Positions 26,523-40,094 are shown, counted from the whole stretch's first letter. The stretch is DNA of 63,420 bases, filler included, from Octopus bimaculoides (GCF_001194135.2; 6 parts of 5 records of this genome joined end to end with filler, not necessarily neighbours in it), one strand, 5' to 3'. Numbers and translations are program-made. Notes: generated by a model from the letters alone, not told the origin.

Positions 26523-26526
26523 TTAC

Positions 26527-26599
26527 TGATTACTGAAGAGAATTCTTTTAGTAAATTATTTTATTTACTAAAAGAATTCGAAACCTACAAGTCTAACCG
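26527..26599 (+). ncRNA. Type I minimal hammerhead ribozyme motif
   Basis: CUGAAGA 26533-39; perfect 17-bp stem II 26540-56/26563-79; GAAA 26580-83; 2-bp stem III; GUC 26591-93; stem I 26527-32/26594-99 with one mismatch and one wobble. Confidence 0.8.
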
Positions 26600-27098
26600 T
26601 GAAAACAAGGTAAAAGTTTCTATTTTTTCTTTCCCTTTGAAAATGCTTAAATTTCGTGGTTTTTGGTCGTTCGACTGTCTTCTAGCGCGTAGAAATTGCC
26701 TGTTATCGGTAGGTGGATGTCGGTATGCATAAACCTGTATGTATATATGTATATACTCATTTACTATTTGTTTATATATATATATATATATAGATATAGA
26801 TATAGGGCAGGGAATCGTCAATTAGTAATAAAATTAATAATNNNNNNNNNNNNNNNNNNNNNNNNNNNNNNNNNNNNNNNNNNNNNNNNNNNNNNNNNNN
26901 NNNNNNNNNNNNNNNNNNNNNNNNNNNNNNNNNNNNNNNNNNNNNNNNNNNNNNNNNNNNNNNNNNNNNNNNNNNNNNNNNNNNNNNNNNNNNNNNNNNN
27001 NNNNNNNNNNNNNNNNNNNNNNNNNNNNNNNNNNNNNNNNNNNNNNNNNNNNNNNNNNNNNNNNNNNNNNAGAGAGAGAGAGAGAGAGAGAGAGGGGG

Positions 27099-27141
<43 letters not shown>

Positions 27142-27159
27142 AGAGAGAGAGTGAATGTG

Positions 27160-27318
27160 TTTTTTTCTGTGTTTGTTCCACTAAAGAGAGACCGATAGAA
27201 TATTTACCAGGCCTCAAATAAGAACAAATACGTACTGGAATTGAACCATTCGATTAAGAATTCTTCAAGGCGGTGCCCCAGTATGGCCACGGTAGAATGG
27301 CTGAAACAAGTAAAAGAC
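27160..27318 (+). mobile_element. SINE group A, 3' part
   Basis: gagaccgatagaata..ggcggtgccccagtatggcc..ctgaaacaagtaaaaga. Confidence 0.85.
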
Positions 27319-27720
27319 AAAGAAAAATATATCATTCATTTTCTACTTCGTTTTCTATATTTTGCGATGATGTTTGTAAGTTTGCATCTTTTACGCTAGT
27401 CTAATGGTGTTTGGAAGACATCTTTAATACGTTTGTTGGTCAATTTCGTAAAAATTTTAGTCTTCTGGGATTTCGTTGACATTTTGTTAGAACATAATCG
27501 TTTTGATTATCTTCCAACAATGTTAGTAATTTGATTTGGGAACCGAAATTACGAGTAACTTTAAAACCAAATTTGAGGGTGAATTTGGTGACTCTGTCAT
27601 AATTGTCAAAGAAAAAGACTACCCATCTCGTCACATGATAAATTGCTTGGTTCGGTATTATGTATGAGGAAAGTGTGAGGTATATAATGCCCGTATATAT
27701 ATATATATATATATATATAT

Positions 27721-27820
27721 NNNNNNNNNNNNNNNNNNNNNNNNNNNNNNNNNNNNNNNNNNNNTTAATTAATTAANNNNNNNNNNNNNNNNNNNNNNNN
27801 NNNNNNNNNNNNNNNNNNNN
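27721..27820. other. Assembly join spacer
   Basis: 44 N + TTAATTAATTAA + 44 N. Confidence 0.95.
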
Positions 27821-28135
27821 TATATATATGCACGTATATATATACCCATATATATATGTATATATGTATATATATCAAAGCAGATACATCTGTTTAAATT
27901 TCGGGGCCTATTTATATATGCACATGAGTGCGCGCGTGTATATGTACGTGTGTATGTATGTATATTTATGTATATATACACACACACACATACATATGTA
28001 TATATATACACGCATATACACACATACATAGATACACAGTCTCGCGTCCGACGATGAGGCTGATGTCATTCTCCCATGCGCTTGTCACACTTCAATATAT
28101 ACACGCATGCGTGCGCGTGTATATACACACGATGC

Positions 28136-28174
<39 letters not shown>

Positions 28175-28349
28175 TGTGCGCGCACACACATACACACACA
28201 TATATATGCATATATATTTATATATATATATATATATATATACATACACAACACATACGTGTGTATAAATGGGTGGGTGTATAATTTTATGTGTGATTTT
28301 AATTTCCGCTCAAAATAACTTAGCGAGGGGGTAGTAGACAGCTGGAAGC

Positions 28350-28500
28350 GATGTCGCGGTGGTTGTGTGTTTGTGGTAAGGGTTGCTGTAGATGTTGTAG
28401 TACAGGTTATGGCGGTGGTAGTGGTAGTGGTTGTAGTAGATATACCAATGTTTTGGATCGTGCGAAAAGTGGTAGCGTTTCGTGTAGTAGCAGTAGTAGC

Positions 28501-28558
<58 letters not shown>

Positions 28559-28581
28559 ATTGTAGTAGTAGTAGTAGTATC

Positions 28582-28633
<52 letters not shown>

Positions 28634-28636
28634 ATT

Positions 28637-28678
<42 letters not shown>

Positions 28679-29126
28679 ATTGTAGTAGTAGTAGTAGTTG
28701 AAGTAGTAGTAGTGGTTGTGCTGGTGGTGGTGGTGATTAGTATCATTGTAGAGGTAGTGTTTTTTCAGTGGTGGTTGTTGCGGTAGTAGTTTTAGTGGTG
28801 GTCATTGTTGGGGGTGAAGGTAGCAGCGGTGGTGGTAGTGGTGGTGGTGGTGGTGGTGATTGTATTGGAAATGGGGTGTGTGTTCGTGCTTGTGGTTGTG
28901 GTTGGGGCTGTAGTTGAGGTGGTAGTAGAGCCGGGCTGGTTGTGGTTGTGAAGGCGGTTATCATAATGTTGGATGTGGTGGTGGCGGTGGTAGTGGTGGT
29001 GGTGACGATGATGACGACGATGACGATGAGTCGTAGTAGTGGTGGTGGCGGGGTGATAATGATGATGGTGGTGATGGTGGCGGTGGTAGTGGTGATGACG
29101 ACGACGACAATGATGATGATAATGAA

Positions 29127-29159
<33 letters not shown>

Positions 29160-29334
29160 CAGTAGCAGCGGTGGTGGTGGTGGTGGTTGTGGGAGATCTT
29201 GAAGTAGTTAGTTCTACCGGCGACAATGCAGGTGGTAGTGGTGGTGGTCATGGTGGTAGCAGTGGTGGTGGTGGCGGTGGTAGTGGTGGCGGTGGCGGTG
29301 GTAATTGGGAGTTGATGGGAGGAGGTTTGGCGGG
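28350..29334. repeat. Long compound (GTA)n/(GGT)n/(GAT)n trinucleotide array
   Basis: Read directly; source of the poly-T/V/S ORFs. Confidence 0.95.
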
Positions 29335-29434
29335 NNNNNNNNNNNNNNNNNNNNNNNNNNNNNNNNNNNNNNNNNNNNTTAATTAATTAANNNNNNNNNN
29401 NNNNNNNNNNNNNNNNNNNNNNNNNNNNNNNNNN
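29335..29434. other. Assembly join spacer
   Basis: 44 N + TTAATTAATTAA + 44 N. Confidence 0.95.
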
Positions 29435-29592
29435 TGTATATGTATATATATAAATGCTCGCGACTGTTCCTCTTCTCCAGATTGTATCTGGCAATATTAT
29501 TATCTTCTACGCGTCCAAAAACCTAATATATTTCCTTCATTCATTGCAACAAGTTGCATGGTAGGAAATATGATAATTAATTGAATCAGCGC

Positions 29593-29633
<41 letters not shown>

Positions 29634-29925
29634 AGTACACTGTATGGCTGCCATCTGACTATTACATTTGACTGCGTTGTTCTGATATACATCGCAACAT
29701 GGCTACGATTTATCAGGTTCGGCAATGTAATATAGCTAATACATCGTTTTCAATCTTCAGCATATTATAACACTGTAGAAGCGATCCTTCACTCTACGTA
29801 TGTGTTCGTACATACATACATGCATGCATACATACATACATACATACATATGCAGGTATATATGTATATGTGTAAACGTGTGCTTGTGGGTGAGTGTATA
29901 CGTTTGTGTTTATATAGCGTATGTA

Positions 29926-29977
<52 letters not shown>

Positions 29978-30159
29978 GAGAGACAGACAGACGGACAGAC
30001 GGATAGAGATGAAGCGATTAATAAATACATACACATGTATATATACATACACGCACACATATATGTTTATGTATATACACATACATTCATACATGCAGTT
30101 ATGTGTGAATATCTACATATGTATATGTGTGTGTATAAATATATACATATGTATGTATG

Positions 30160-30196
<37 letters not shown>

Positions 30197-30197
30197 T

Positions 30198-30228
<31 letters not shown>

Positions 30229-30738
30229 GGGGGGCAAGATATATTTGCGATCTGGCACTAGATGGATGGTTCTTGATACAAGATTCTACCCAATTTTTTT
30301 TTACCAGTATTTATATAATTCTCGTGCTGACCGCGGTGTATTGCAGCTGTTTGGCAGATTTATTGAAATATATTTTCAGATTCTTGCAGACTTTATTGCA
30401 TTCCTGTGAACTCATTGAAAACGAGAATCATTGCACCATAGCACGCGTACTATAATGTCTATACGTGATCTCATTAAACACACCGTCTCATATACACACA
30501 CAAATGTGCTCTGTGCTGTATATATGCGAACACGTGACATACACCGTCTCATATATACTCATAGTTGCGGTCTGTCAGATTTAAATAGGAACACATTAAA
30601 AATATCATCGTTTCTATAGACTTAGATTCACTGTGCGATGTTTATATGGAAACACATTAGAGATATCATTTCTTATATGCACTTAGTGATGTATATAAGT
30701 GAAAATATTCTACACACCATCTCATATATACATAGATG

Positions 30739-30997
30739 CAGTGGCAGACCGGGTCTAAAAATATTGGTTGGCAGGAGACAAGGGAACCCAACTGAAACTA
30801 CAAGGGGGCCCACCCGCAACTACTAGGGGCCCCACGCGCAACAACAATGCTATCATTTATTTATTTATTTATTTATTGGTAAAAGTATTCTTTTCAACTG
30901 TCTACAAACAACAGCCAGACTGAAATAATGTATTCTTCTCGGAGTGAACAAAAAATTCTCAAACTTGAGGGGATGGGGCCCCAGAGATACTAACATG
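30739..30997 (+). mobile_element. hAT-like MITE, truncated copy
   Basis: Collinear with 33229-33534 (gggtctaaaaatat..aagtattcttttcaactgtctacaaac..ctcaaacttgagggga..gatactaacatg). Confidence 0.75.
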
Positions 30998-31849
30998 TGT
31001 CTATGTATATATGCATATATATATATACATATATTTGTACATATGTGTATATGTATATATGTAAGTATGCATGCTTGTATGTATGTATGTATGTATGTAT
31101 GTATGTATGTATGTATGTATGAGTTCGCGCGTTTGTCCACGTACGCAAACGGAAAAACTGATTAAAATAGAATAAAATAAATATTTTCCGTTCAACAAAT
31201 AAAATAAATTTTTCAATTATTCCGAAATATTAACCAAGCTAAAAACCCATGGAATTTCTAGAATGTAAAAGAGAGAAAGAGGGTGATGAAGAGACAGAGA
31301 GAGAGAGAGAGAGGGAGGAGCAAGAGAGAGAGAGAGAGAGATGAGTGATGGGGGAATATCTTGTATTTAGACAATGTTATTTTCATTGAGAGGCCAATTA
31401 AAACTACTGATGTTCAATTAAGTTCTGCATCTCACATAAATCGGTTTATTTTTCAATTTATTTCCAAATTGATAGAATTACAAGAAACCGTCTTCAGAAT
31501 TTGGGCAGTGATGTTGCATTAATGAAAGTATACACACACACACACACAAAAAAAAGGGGGGGGGAGAAGAAAACGAAGGAGAAAAACGAAAATGAAGATA
31601 AATGGAAAAGAAACAGAAAAACAAAATGGAAAACAAGAAATAAAAAACGAGACATCTGTGCTTGGCCTGGCCGGTCAAGGTTAGTATTTATAACTGCAAT
31701 AACGAAAACAACATTTAATTGACCGATAACAATTAGATGAGCATTGTTATCAGGATTTCCTGTCACGTGCTCTTCGATTGCAGAGGTCGTGCCGGTGCAA
31801 AGGAAGCTAGCAGGTTCACGAACGAAAACGTCGGATACTGCTACTGCTG

Positions 31850-31859
31850 CTGCTGCTAT

Positions 31860-31913
<54 letters not shown>

Positions 31914-31931
31914 AACCACTATCATCACCAT

Positions 31932-31973
<42 letters not shown>

Positions 31974-32022
31974 AACCACCATCATCACCATTACTACTAC
32001 TACTACTACTACTACTACTACG
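31850..32022. repeat. (TAC)n array with a twice-repeated caaccacYatcatcaccat interruption (60-bp period)
   Basis: Read directly from sequence. Confidence 0.9.
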
Positions 32023-32090
32023 ACAACCCGAAAATTCTCCCCTTCCATTGCTAGTTTATATACACAAATATCATTTCTTGGTATATTTTA

Positions 32091-32365
32091 TGAGGGTGTA
32101 TGGTCTAGTGGTTAGAGTGCTGCACTCACGACCGTGAGGTCGCGGTCTCAATTCCTGGGCCGGGTGCTGCGTTGTGTTTTCTTCAACAAAACACTTCATC
32201 TCACATTGCCCTGCGATCGCTTCGACACCTGACGTGTGGTACACCGTGCAGATGTTCAAGCAATATCGATTTGACGGAGGGAGTGAGCTAACGCACCGTA
32301 CAAACATTTGATCATTATAAGCAACTCATTCGTGCAGGTTTCTCACAAAATTTGCAGAACCGTCT
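32091..32365 (+). mobile_element. tRNA-derived SINE (group C variant)
   Basis: tggtctagtggttagagtg..caattcctgggccggg..tgcgttgtgttttcttcaacaaaacacttcatctcacattgc. Confidence 0.8.
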
Positions 32366-32749
32366 TCCTAGAACTAAGAGAGACTACGGCCATATCACAT
32401 ATATTTGATACACTCGAACATAAACAGTTTCCTTTCATAAAACTATCTATGTTATCTTGTCTATTATCGCGGTTCACATAATTTTATTTTCTCTATTTTC
32501 TCAACGTCCATATCTATTTTTTCTACTAAATGTTACTTCATTCCACTAATATGATTCATTGTTTCTATTCAGTTTGGCACTTGTGATGAAATTCAAACAT
32601 TTTTGTTGTATGTATAATATATACTGTATAATGCACACCAATTTTATTCTAACCATTTTACATTGTCGTCCGAAGGCCAGTAACGAGAAAACCAGATTAA
32701 CTATCTGAGAAATTTCAGCTGGTAATGAAATCATATGTTTACATCTCTT

Positions 32750-32881
<132 letters not shown>

Positions 32882-33143
32882 AACGTGCACACATGCCAAA
32901 CCGTAGATTGCAAATTTTTTCCAGTCTTCTGTGTTGATATGTAATTAGAAAATAGAATTTACTAGAAATGTCAATTGTTACGTATATCTCATCTGCAATA
33001 AAACACTATACACATACATATCATTAACGTATATGTATACATTAATGCTTGGAGTATAACTCCTTATATACATTATGTATATATGCATATAAACACTACG
33101 CTTATATTGAGCTCTCTTTTTTCAAGAGATAGACCATAACTTC

Positions 33144-33228
<85 letters not shown>

Positions 33229-33534
33229 CAGTGACGGATTGGGTCTAAAAATATCGGTTGCCAGGAGACTAAGGGGGCTCACTCGCAGCAACAAGGGGGC
33301 CCATCTGCAATTACAATGTTATCATTTAATTTTTTTTTTTTTAAGTATTCTTTTCAACTGTCTACAAACACAGCCAGGCTGAAATAATTAATGCATTCTT
33401 CCAGGAGTGAATAAAAAGTTCTCAAACTTGAGGGGACGGGCCCCTTAGATAGATACTAACATGGGCCCCCATATATGGATTCTAATGGCGCATGAGCCAT
33501 CGGGCAAGCTGGCAACGTGGCCAGTCCGCCATAG
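33229..33534 (+). mobile_element. hAT-like MITE, apparently complete
   Basis: Imperfect terminal inverted repeats cagtgacggattgg / ccagtccgccatag; second copy at 30739. Confidence 0.7.
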
Positions 33535-33569
33535 TCAGTGAGGGTTGTCCGAGGCGTGGTTATTGCTAG

Positions 33570-33603
<34 letters not shown>

Positions 33604-33605
33604 AC

Positions 33606-33935
33606 TGGCACTCCGTCGGTTGCAGCGACGAGGGTTCCAGTTGATTCAATCAACGAAACGGACTGCTCGTGAAATTAACGTGCAAGTGGGTGGCTGTATA
33701 CTCCACAGACACCCGTACCCTTAGCGTAGTTCTCACGGAGATTCAGCGTGACAGAGAATGTGACAAGGCTGGCCCTTTTGAATTACTGGTACAACTCATT
33801 TTTGTCATATGAGTGGACTGGAGCAATGTGAAATAAAGTGTCTTGCTCAAGGACACAACGCCAAAATACTGGGAATCGTACTCACGATCTTGCGATCGCG
33901 AGCCGAAAACGCTAACCACTAAGCCACGCACCTTC
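33606..33935 (-). mobile_element. SINE group C, full length
   Basis: tggcactccgtcgg..gctcgtgaaattaacgtgcaag..ttgctcaaggacacaacg..ctaaccactaagccacg. Confidence 0.9.
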
Positions 33936-34050
33936 ACTATATATATATATATACATACATACATATATAGATAAATACACACGCATATGTGTGAGTGTGT
34001 GTAACTATTAATATATGTGCACATATATATATATATGTGTGTATGTGTGC

Positions 34051-34151
<101 letters not shown>

Positions 34152-35137
34152 NNNNNNNNNNNNNNNNNNNNNNNNNNNNNNNNNNNNNNNNNNNNNNNNN
34201 NNNNNNNNNNNNNNNNNNNNNNNNNNNNNNNNNNNNNNNNNNNNNNNNNNNNNNNNNNNNNNNNNNNNNNNNNNNNNNNNNNNNNNNNNNNNNNNNNNNN
34301 NNNNNNNNNNNNNNNNNNNNNNNNNNNNNNNNNNNNNNNNNNNNNNNNNNNNNNNNNNNNNNNNNNNNNNNNNNNNNNNNNNNNNNNNNNNNNNNNNNNN
34401 NNNNNNNNNNNNNNNNNNNNNNNNNNNNNNNNNNNNNNNNNNNNNNNNNNNNNNNNNNNNNNNNNNNNNNNNNNNNNNNNNNNNNNNNNNNNNNNNNNNN
34501 NNNNNNNNNNNNNNNNNNNNNNNNNNNNNNNNNNNNNNNNNNNNNNNNNNNNNNNNNNNNNNNNNNNNNNNNNNNNNNNNNNNNNNNNNNNNNNNNNNNN
34601 NNNNNNNNNNNNNNNNNNNNNNNNNNNNNNNNNNNNNNNNNNNNNNNNNNNNNNNNNNNNNNNNNNNNNNNNNNNNNNNNNNNNNNNNNNNNNNNNNNNN
34701 NNNNNNNNNNNATGGATATTCAGCCGGTTTTGGTGGCAGTACTTTTTGGCACTTGAGGCAAACACAGATGCATACACACACACATACATGGACAGCGTGT
34801 GGACACATGGACGCGCATGGACAGAAATATATATACATATAGATTGAAAGAGTGAGTGTAAGAAACCGAGGGGGAGCGGAACAGAGAGAAAGAGAGAGAG
34901 AGAGAGATGGGAGTATTGCAAGTTATTAATTGAACACGATTGAGATAATCATTTTTCCCTCTCATCAGACGCATACAGAGAAATATGTCCACACACCACA
35001 CAAATACACACACTCCTCACAGAGAGCGGGAAGAGTGAGAGACAACGAGAGTGAGAGACAACGAGAGTGAGAGACAACGAGTGACCACTCATAGTTCGGA
35101 AAAATCACTAATCCAGAAAATCGATGTCGTACCTGTG

Positions 35138-35735
35138 TTTCTAATTTTAGCACAAGGCCAGCAAATTTGAGGGGAGCAGTAAGTCGATTACATCAGCTTC
35201 ATCACTTGACAAAGTCAACTTTGTCGTCATTTGAACTCAGAACATAAAGATCTAGAAAAAGTGCCTCTTGGCATTTTGTCCGATGCGCTATCGATCTCGC
35301 CAGCTTGCTGCCTTAATCTAAATCAAATATTGATTTCAAATTTTTGCACAAAGCCACGAATTTTGGAGGAGGGGTGAGTCGATTACATTGACTCCAGTAC
35401 ACAACTGGTACTTATTTTATGGACCCGGAGGAGGAAAAACTGCAAAGTCGACCTCGCCAGAATTTAAACGATGGACGAAAAGCCGCTAAGAAGTTTTTGT
35501 CCGTAGTGCTAACGATTCTGCCAGCTCACCGCCATAATTTAAGTCAAATATTTATTTCTTTATTGCCCACAGGGGGCTAAGCATAGAGGGGACAAACAAG
35601 GGGTTTAAGTCGATTACATCGACTCCAGTGCGTAACTGGTACTTATTTAATAGAAAGTATGAAAGCCAAAGTCGACCTCGGCGGAACTTGAACGCTAAGT
35701 ATTTCGTGCTAACGATTCTGCAAGATCGCCGCCCA
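35138..35735 (-). mobile_element. Stack of three SINE group B copies
   Basis: Copies at about 35138-35313, 35334-35533 and 35552-35735; the last is flanked by the 18-bp direct repeat ataatttaagtcaaatat (35534-51, 35736-53). Confidence 0.9.
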
Positions 35736-36221
35736 ATAATTTAAGTCAAATATCAACTATAATAGCCTTATACAAACATCCAAGTTTTATCTTTCCTCTT
35801 CAGGATATCATGGAGTCAGTCATTTCTTTTACAACATAGAGTACAAATAACCTGAAACGTTAGTTATTGGCATAAGCGAAAAATCTCTTCCGACCTTATT
35901 TATATAGGACGATATCTATTTATAAATATCCACTCACAGTGGAGAAAAAAAAACAAAAAAAAGAACGTAGAAAATGAGAAAAACACTCATGTCCTAGATT
36001 CGAAGAAGTGGAACACTAAATAATTACCAAATCTGAATTATTAATTATATAAGTTTTTCAACAAGTCTTTTAATAAACACGCCAGTCGAAATGTAAACTG
36101 AAATTTAATGAGTTTTTGCGAGGTTGTGTGTAGCAATACTAGACATCTGTTAACGGTATTTTTTCTCTATTTTTTGATTTGTATTTGTTTTGTTTTCTAA
36201 ATTCTTAAACATATTTATTAA

Positions 36222-36428
36222 GATTAGACTTAACGCTGCGAAGACTGAGACATCGGCCCCATCGAAAGAGTCGATCCGGTTCACTTTACATATCAGTGGA
36301 ACATCACTGAAGCAATTGGAAAAGTTCAAGCGTCTTGGGGTCGTATTTACGAGTGATGGGAAGCAGGAGGATGAATTGGATGCTAGAATTCCAGGTGCTG
36401 GCACAATGATGCACCAGCTCCAGCGTTC
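36222..36428 (+). mobile_element. RTE-clade LINE reverse transcriptase C-terminal fragment
   Basis: RLNAAKTE..LKQLEKFKRLGVVFTSDGKQEDELDARIPGAGTMMHQLQRS, resembling the RTE/Rex3-type FKYLGVLFTSEG..EIDRRIG motif. Confidence 0.8.
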
Positions 36429-36456
36429 GAGCCTAAGAAAAAGAAAGAAAAAGCCC

Positions 36457-36492
36457 TCTGTGTGTAGCCCCTTGTGGGCAGTAAAGAAATAA
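36457..36492 (+). mobile_element. SINE group B 3' tail
   Basis: tagccccttgtgggcagtaaagaaataa. Confidence 0.75.
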
Positions 36493-38224
36493 GTAAGTTA
36501 TGATAGAGTCTTGTTGGAACATAGTGCTGTCTGAAGAAGCAGCCTTGTTTCTTATTTTATCATAATATGAATGTCACGAGAGAAGCTTTTAGTCATATGA
36601 AAGTTATTTTTATTATTGAATTGTATAAAAATAATTTTGATACTGTGCTAATGAATATGTCCATCGATTTTTTTTTTAGCAAAATCTCTGTATAATAGAT
36701 ATATTCATTACTTCTTCATAAGCAGGAGAAGAATCAGACAGACTTATTTCAATTCTGTGGTGAGACTTCAGTAACTGAATACTCTTTTTAACTGTACACC
36801 AAAACGCAGCCTACTTTTGCATACCCAAAGTATAAAGAGGGCAGTCTTGGCAGCTCTATAGGGCCTCGGGTTAATCAATGCACTAGATTCTATATTATAT
36901 CTTATTGACAGCAACCCACAACATATATATATATTAGAATTGGTCCCCTAGACCTGTGAAACTCCCAGGCAACGGCCCTGAGCATAAATACATGTTGAAT
37001 TTTATTTTCATATTGTTAGGGGTTTTTTTCTGAGCTAATGTGAATGAAAATGTGCAAATTCACCTGAATTCCTTTACAAAATAGATGTATTTTGAAATAT
37101 CGTTATTCCAGTCACAAAAGCAAAGTATGAACAGAATAATAACTATTTGCTATACTTTATCAGCACATACAATTAACAAATAACACTACACAGGAATAAA
37201 AAGCGTGCAACATAGTGTAATGGCAGTACTAATAGTTCCGTTTTGTTTTTTAGCATGCATTAATGGAAGCGTTTGTTGTTGTCTGTTGTCTGTATGCTCC
37301 TGTTTCATGTTGTCTTTATGCACTGAGATGCTCCAAGTTTGTGGACATCCAAAATGTCTGCTTTTTCTATGGTTGTCGCCTTTGAATTTTATTCAGTTCA
37401 ATGTAGCTTTCGCAGGTATTGTTGTTGGTAGTGGTGGTGGTAGTCTTAGTAGAAGTATTAGAGGATGATAGCAGTGGTGGTAGTAGTAGTGTTAGTGGTA
37501 GTGATGGTGATGTTAATGGTGGCTGTAGCAGTGATTCTCTCTGTTCACTTCTGATTGGACAAACCAATAATTAAAAACATTACAGTTGTAACCATCCAGT
37601 CTTTTTCTTTTTTTCTGGCAATGTCTATCCAAGATTACATTAATGTGTCCTTTTTTTTTTTTTTTTTGAGATGCTAGAGTAGAATCTGAGGGGGATTTTC
37701 GTTGCTATTTCTAATAGCTCTAGCAATCACATATAGGTTTTTTCGTTGACTTCGTTTGCTTAGAGCTTTCGCTGTTGTAAAAGAAGACGGATATACAGGA
37801 TGTAATGACTTCCTGTTGGAGGGCTGAGAGATCCTTTATAAATGAAGAGATGATTTCCTCTGAACATTAACAAACTATTGAACAATTGATAATCAGTTCT
37901 CTAATCCGGCATTTAATGTAATACTTGAGGACATAACAGTGCAAGAAAATTAATCAATAAGACTGAACATACCTCATGCAGTGATAGACAAATGACTTAA
38001 TTAAACAGACAAAACCAATTAATTCAGAAATGTTTGTACTTCTTTAGAGCAAGGCACTCCTTCGCTTTTGTTAAAACATTCTGTAGAACCTACTTCAAAT
38101 CCAGGCTTCATCTGTTCCGATAATCGGCAGTGACTTGGTCAGCGAATCCTCTGCGACGGTCGATAATCGACGGCAAAATGAGCTGCGACGGATCACACTA
38201 TCTCCAAAGTGTGTATGCATGTGA

Positions 38225-38292
38225 CCAGGGACATAAACACACCACCATCGGTTGTCAAGCGATGTTGGGAGGACAAGCACAGACACACAAAA
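38225..38292 (-). mobile_element. SINE group A fragment
   Basis: gggacataaacacaccaccatcggttgtcaagcgatgttgggaggacaagcacagacac. Confidence 0.85.
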
Positions 38293-40063
38293 TATGAATT
38301 TGTGTTACAACTGACACTCCAAACATGACCTCTACACCCCACCAGCGAATGACGACTACGGCTACGGAGATCGCGCTAACCGACGCGCTTGCTCTTCCAG
38401 TGGGGCATTTGTCAAATTCGTCGGATGCGATCGGCATTTGTGAGGGACAAATGGTGAAATCGTTGATCGGAGTCGACTCAACTTACCCCGGGTAAATTCC
38501 ACCGCAAGTACAAGTAAAAGTAAGTACAGCCCTGACTGGGCAAAAATATAATTTTTTAAATGTTATGTCTGAGAGTTAACATCCATTGACAAGGTTGCGA
38601 AAGCAAAGAAAATTGTTGGAAGAAAATATAAATGATAAATGAGTGGAAATCGAACTGGTGAGTGTGTTAGTTAATAAGGCATTAAGACAATATGACTCTC
38701 CCCAGACACAGAAAAATTTGCTTCAACACACGAATTCGCATAAAGAATCTTGCAAACCGGATACAAAAACGAAGTAGAAAAATGTTACATTATTTTCCAT
38801 ATCATGAACGACATTTATTGTCTAATATAGTCTTCGTTAATCAAGAGAGTGTAATATTAGGAATATTTAGCTGCTATTTCGAGTAGATTGAACGATAACG
38901 TACTACTTCCCTCGCTGTATATAGAATATTGGCGGTTACATAAACACTCAACAGAGCTCTGTACACCTACCTACAATAAACCAACTAAATACAAAACCGC
39001 ACTCACTAAGGTACAATCATGATTTATTAAACAGCCGCCATCACAAACAATCGACCAAACAGAAACAGCATCATACCATAACACATTTTATTAACTACAC
39101 TATTACTGACCAACGATTAAGACGCTAAGTTCGTCGTGGTCAATAAATATAATAACAGTCTATCGAGTAACATTGTACAGGACAGGCATAAAGTCTGCCA
39201 CAATATTCTTAAATTATGTAATCACAAAACTTGTACCTCTGTTTTAGCGCTCAGATACGATACTGTATGAACTCACACACACACACACACACACACACAA
39301 GCACATTTGTATGTATGTATGTATGTAAGTATTGTCTACGTACGTTTCACTGTATAATGCCTTGTGGTAAACATCAGCTAAANNNNNNNNNNNNNNNNNN
39401 NNNNNNNNNNNNNNNNNNNNNNNNNNNNNNNNNNNNNNNNNNNNNNNNNNNNNNNNNNNNNNNNNNNNNNNNNNNNNNNNNNNNNNNNNNNNNNNNNNNN
39501 NNNNNNNNNNNNNNNNNNNNNNNNNNNNNNNNNNNNNNNNNNNNNNNNNNNNNNNNNNNNNNNNNNNNNNNNNNNNNNNNNNNNNNNNNNNNNNNNNNNN
39601 NNNNNNNNNNNNNNNNNNNNNNNNNNNNNNNNNNNNNNNNNNNNNNNNNNNNNNNNNNNNNNNNNNNNNNNNNNNNNNNNNNNNNNNNNNNNNNNNNNNN
39701 NNNNNNNNNNNNNNNNNNNNNNNNNNNNNNNNNNNNNNNNNNNNNNNNNNNNNNNNNNNNNNNNNNNNNNNNNNNNNNNNNNNNNNNNNNNNNNNNNNNN
39801 NNNNNNNNNNNNNNNNNNNNNNNNNNNNNNNNNNNNNNNNNNNNNNNNNNNNNNNNNNNNNNNNNNNNNNNNNNNNNNNNNNNNATATATATATATATAT
39901 ATATACATACTTGTACATGTACACACACATATGTACATACATAAGTATGTGTATACATTTATTATATATAAGCATACGTATGTGCGTGTATGTATGAATG
40001 TGTATGCATCTACTATCGTGTGTTTCTATATATGTATATATACATATATATACATATACATAT

Positions 40064-40094
<31 letters not shown>

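Noticed and set aside
32374-32389. ctacggccatatcac resembling the 5' end of 5S rRNA
   Set aside because: Only about 15 nt; no continuation into the 5S body or internal promoter.
37325-37385. EKADILD resembling the Hairy/HES bHLH motif
   Set aside because: No basic region or helix 1; surrounded by stops.
37254-37415. 162-nt phase 1-1 Cys-rich candidate exon
   Set aside because: Cys richness comes from TG-rich degenerate repeats and no domain is recognisable.
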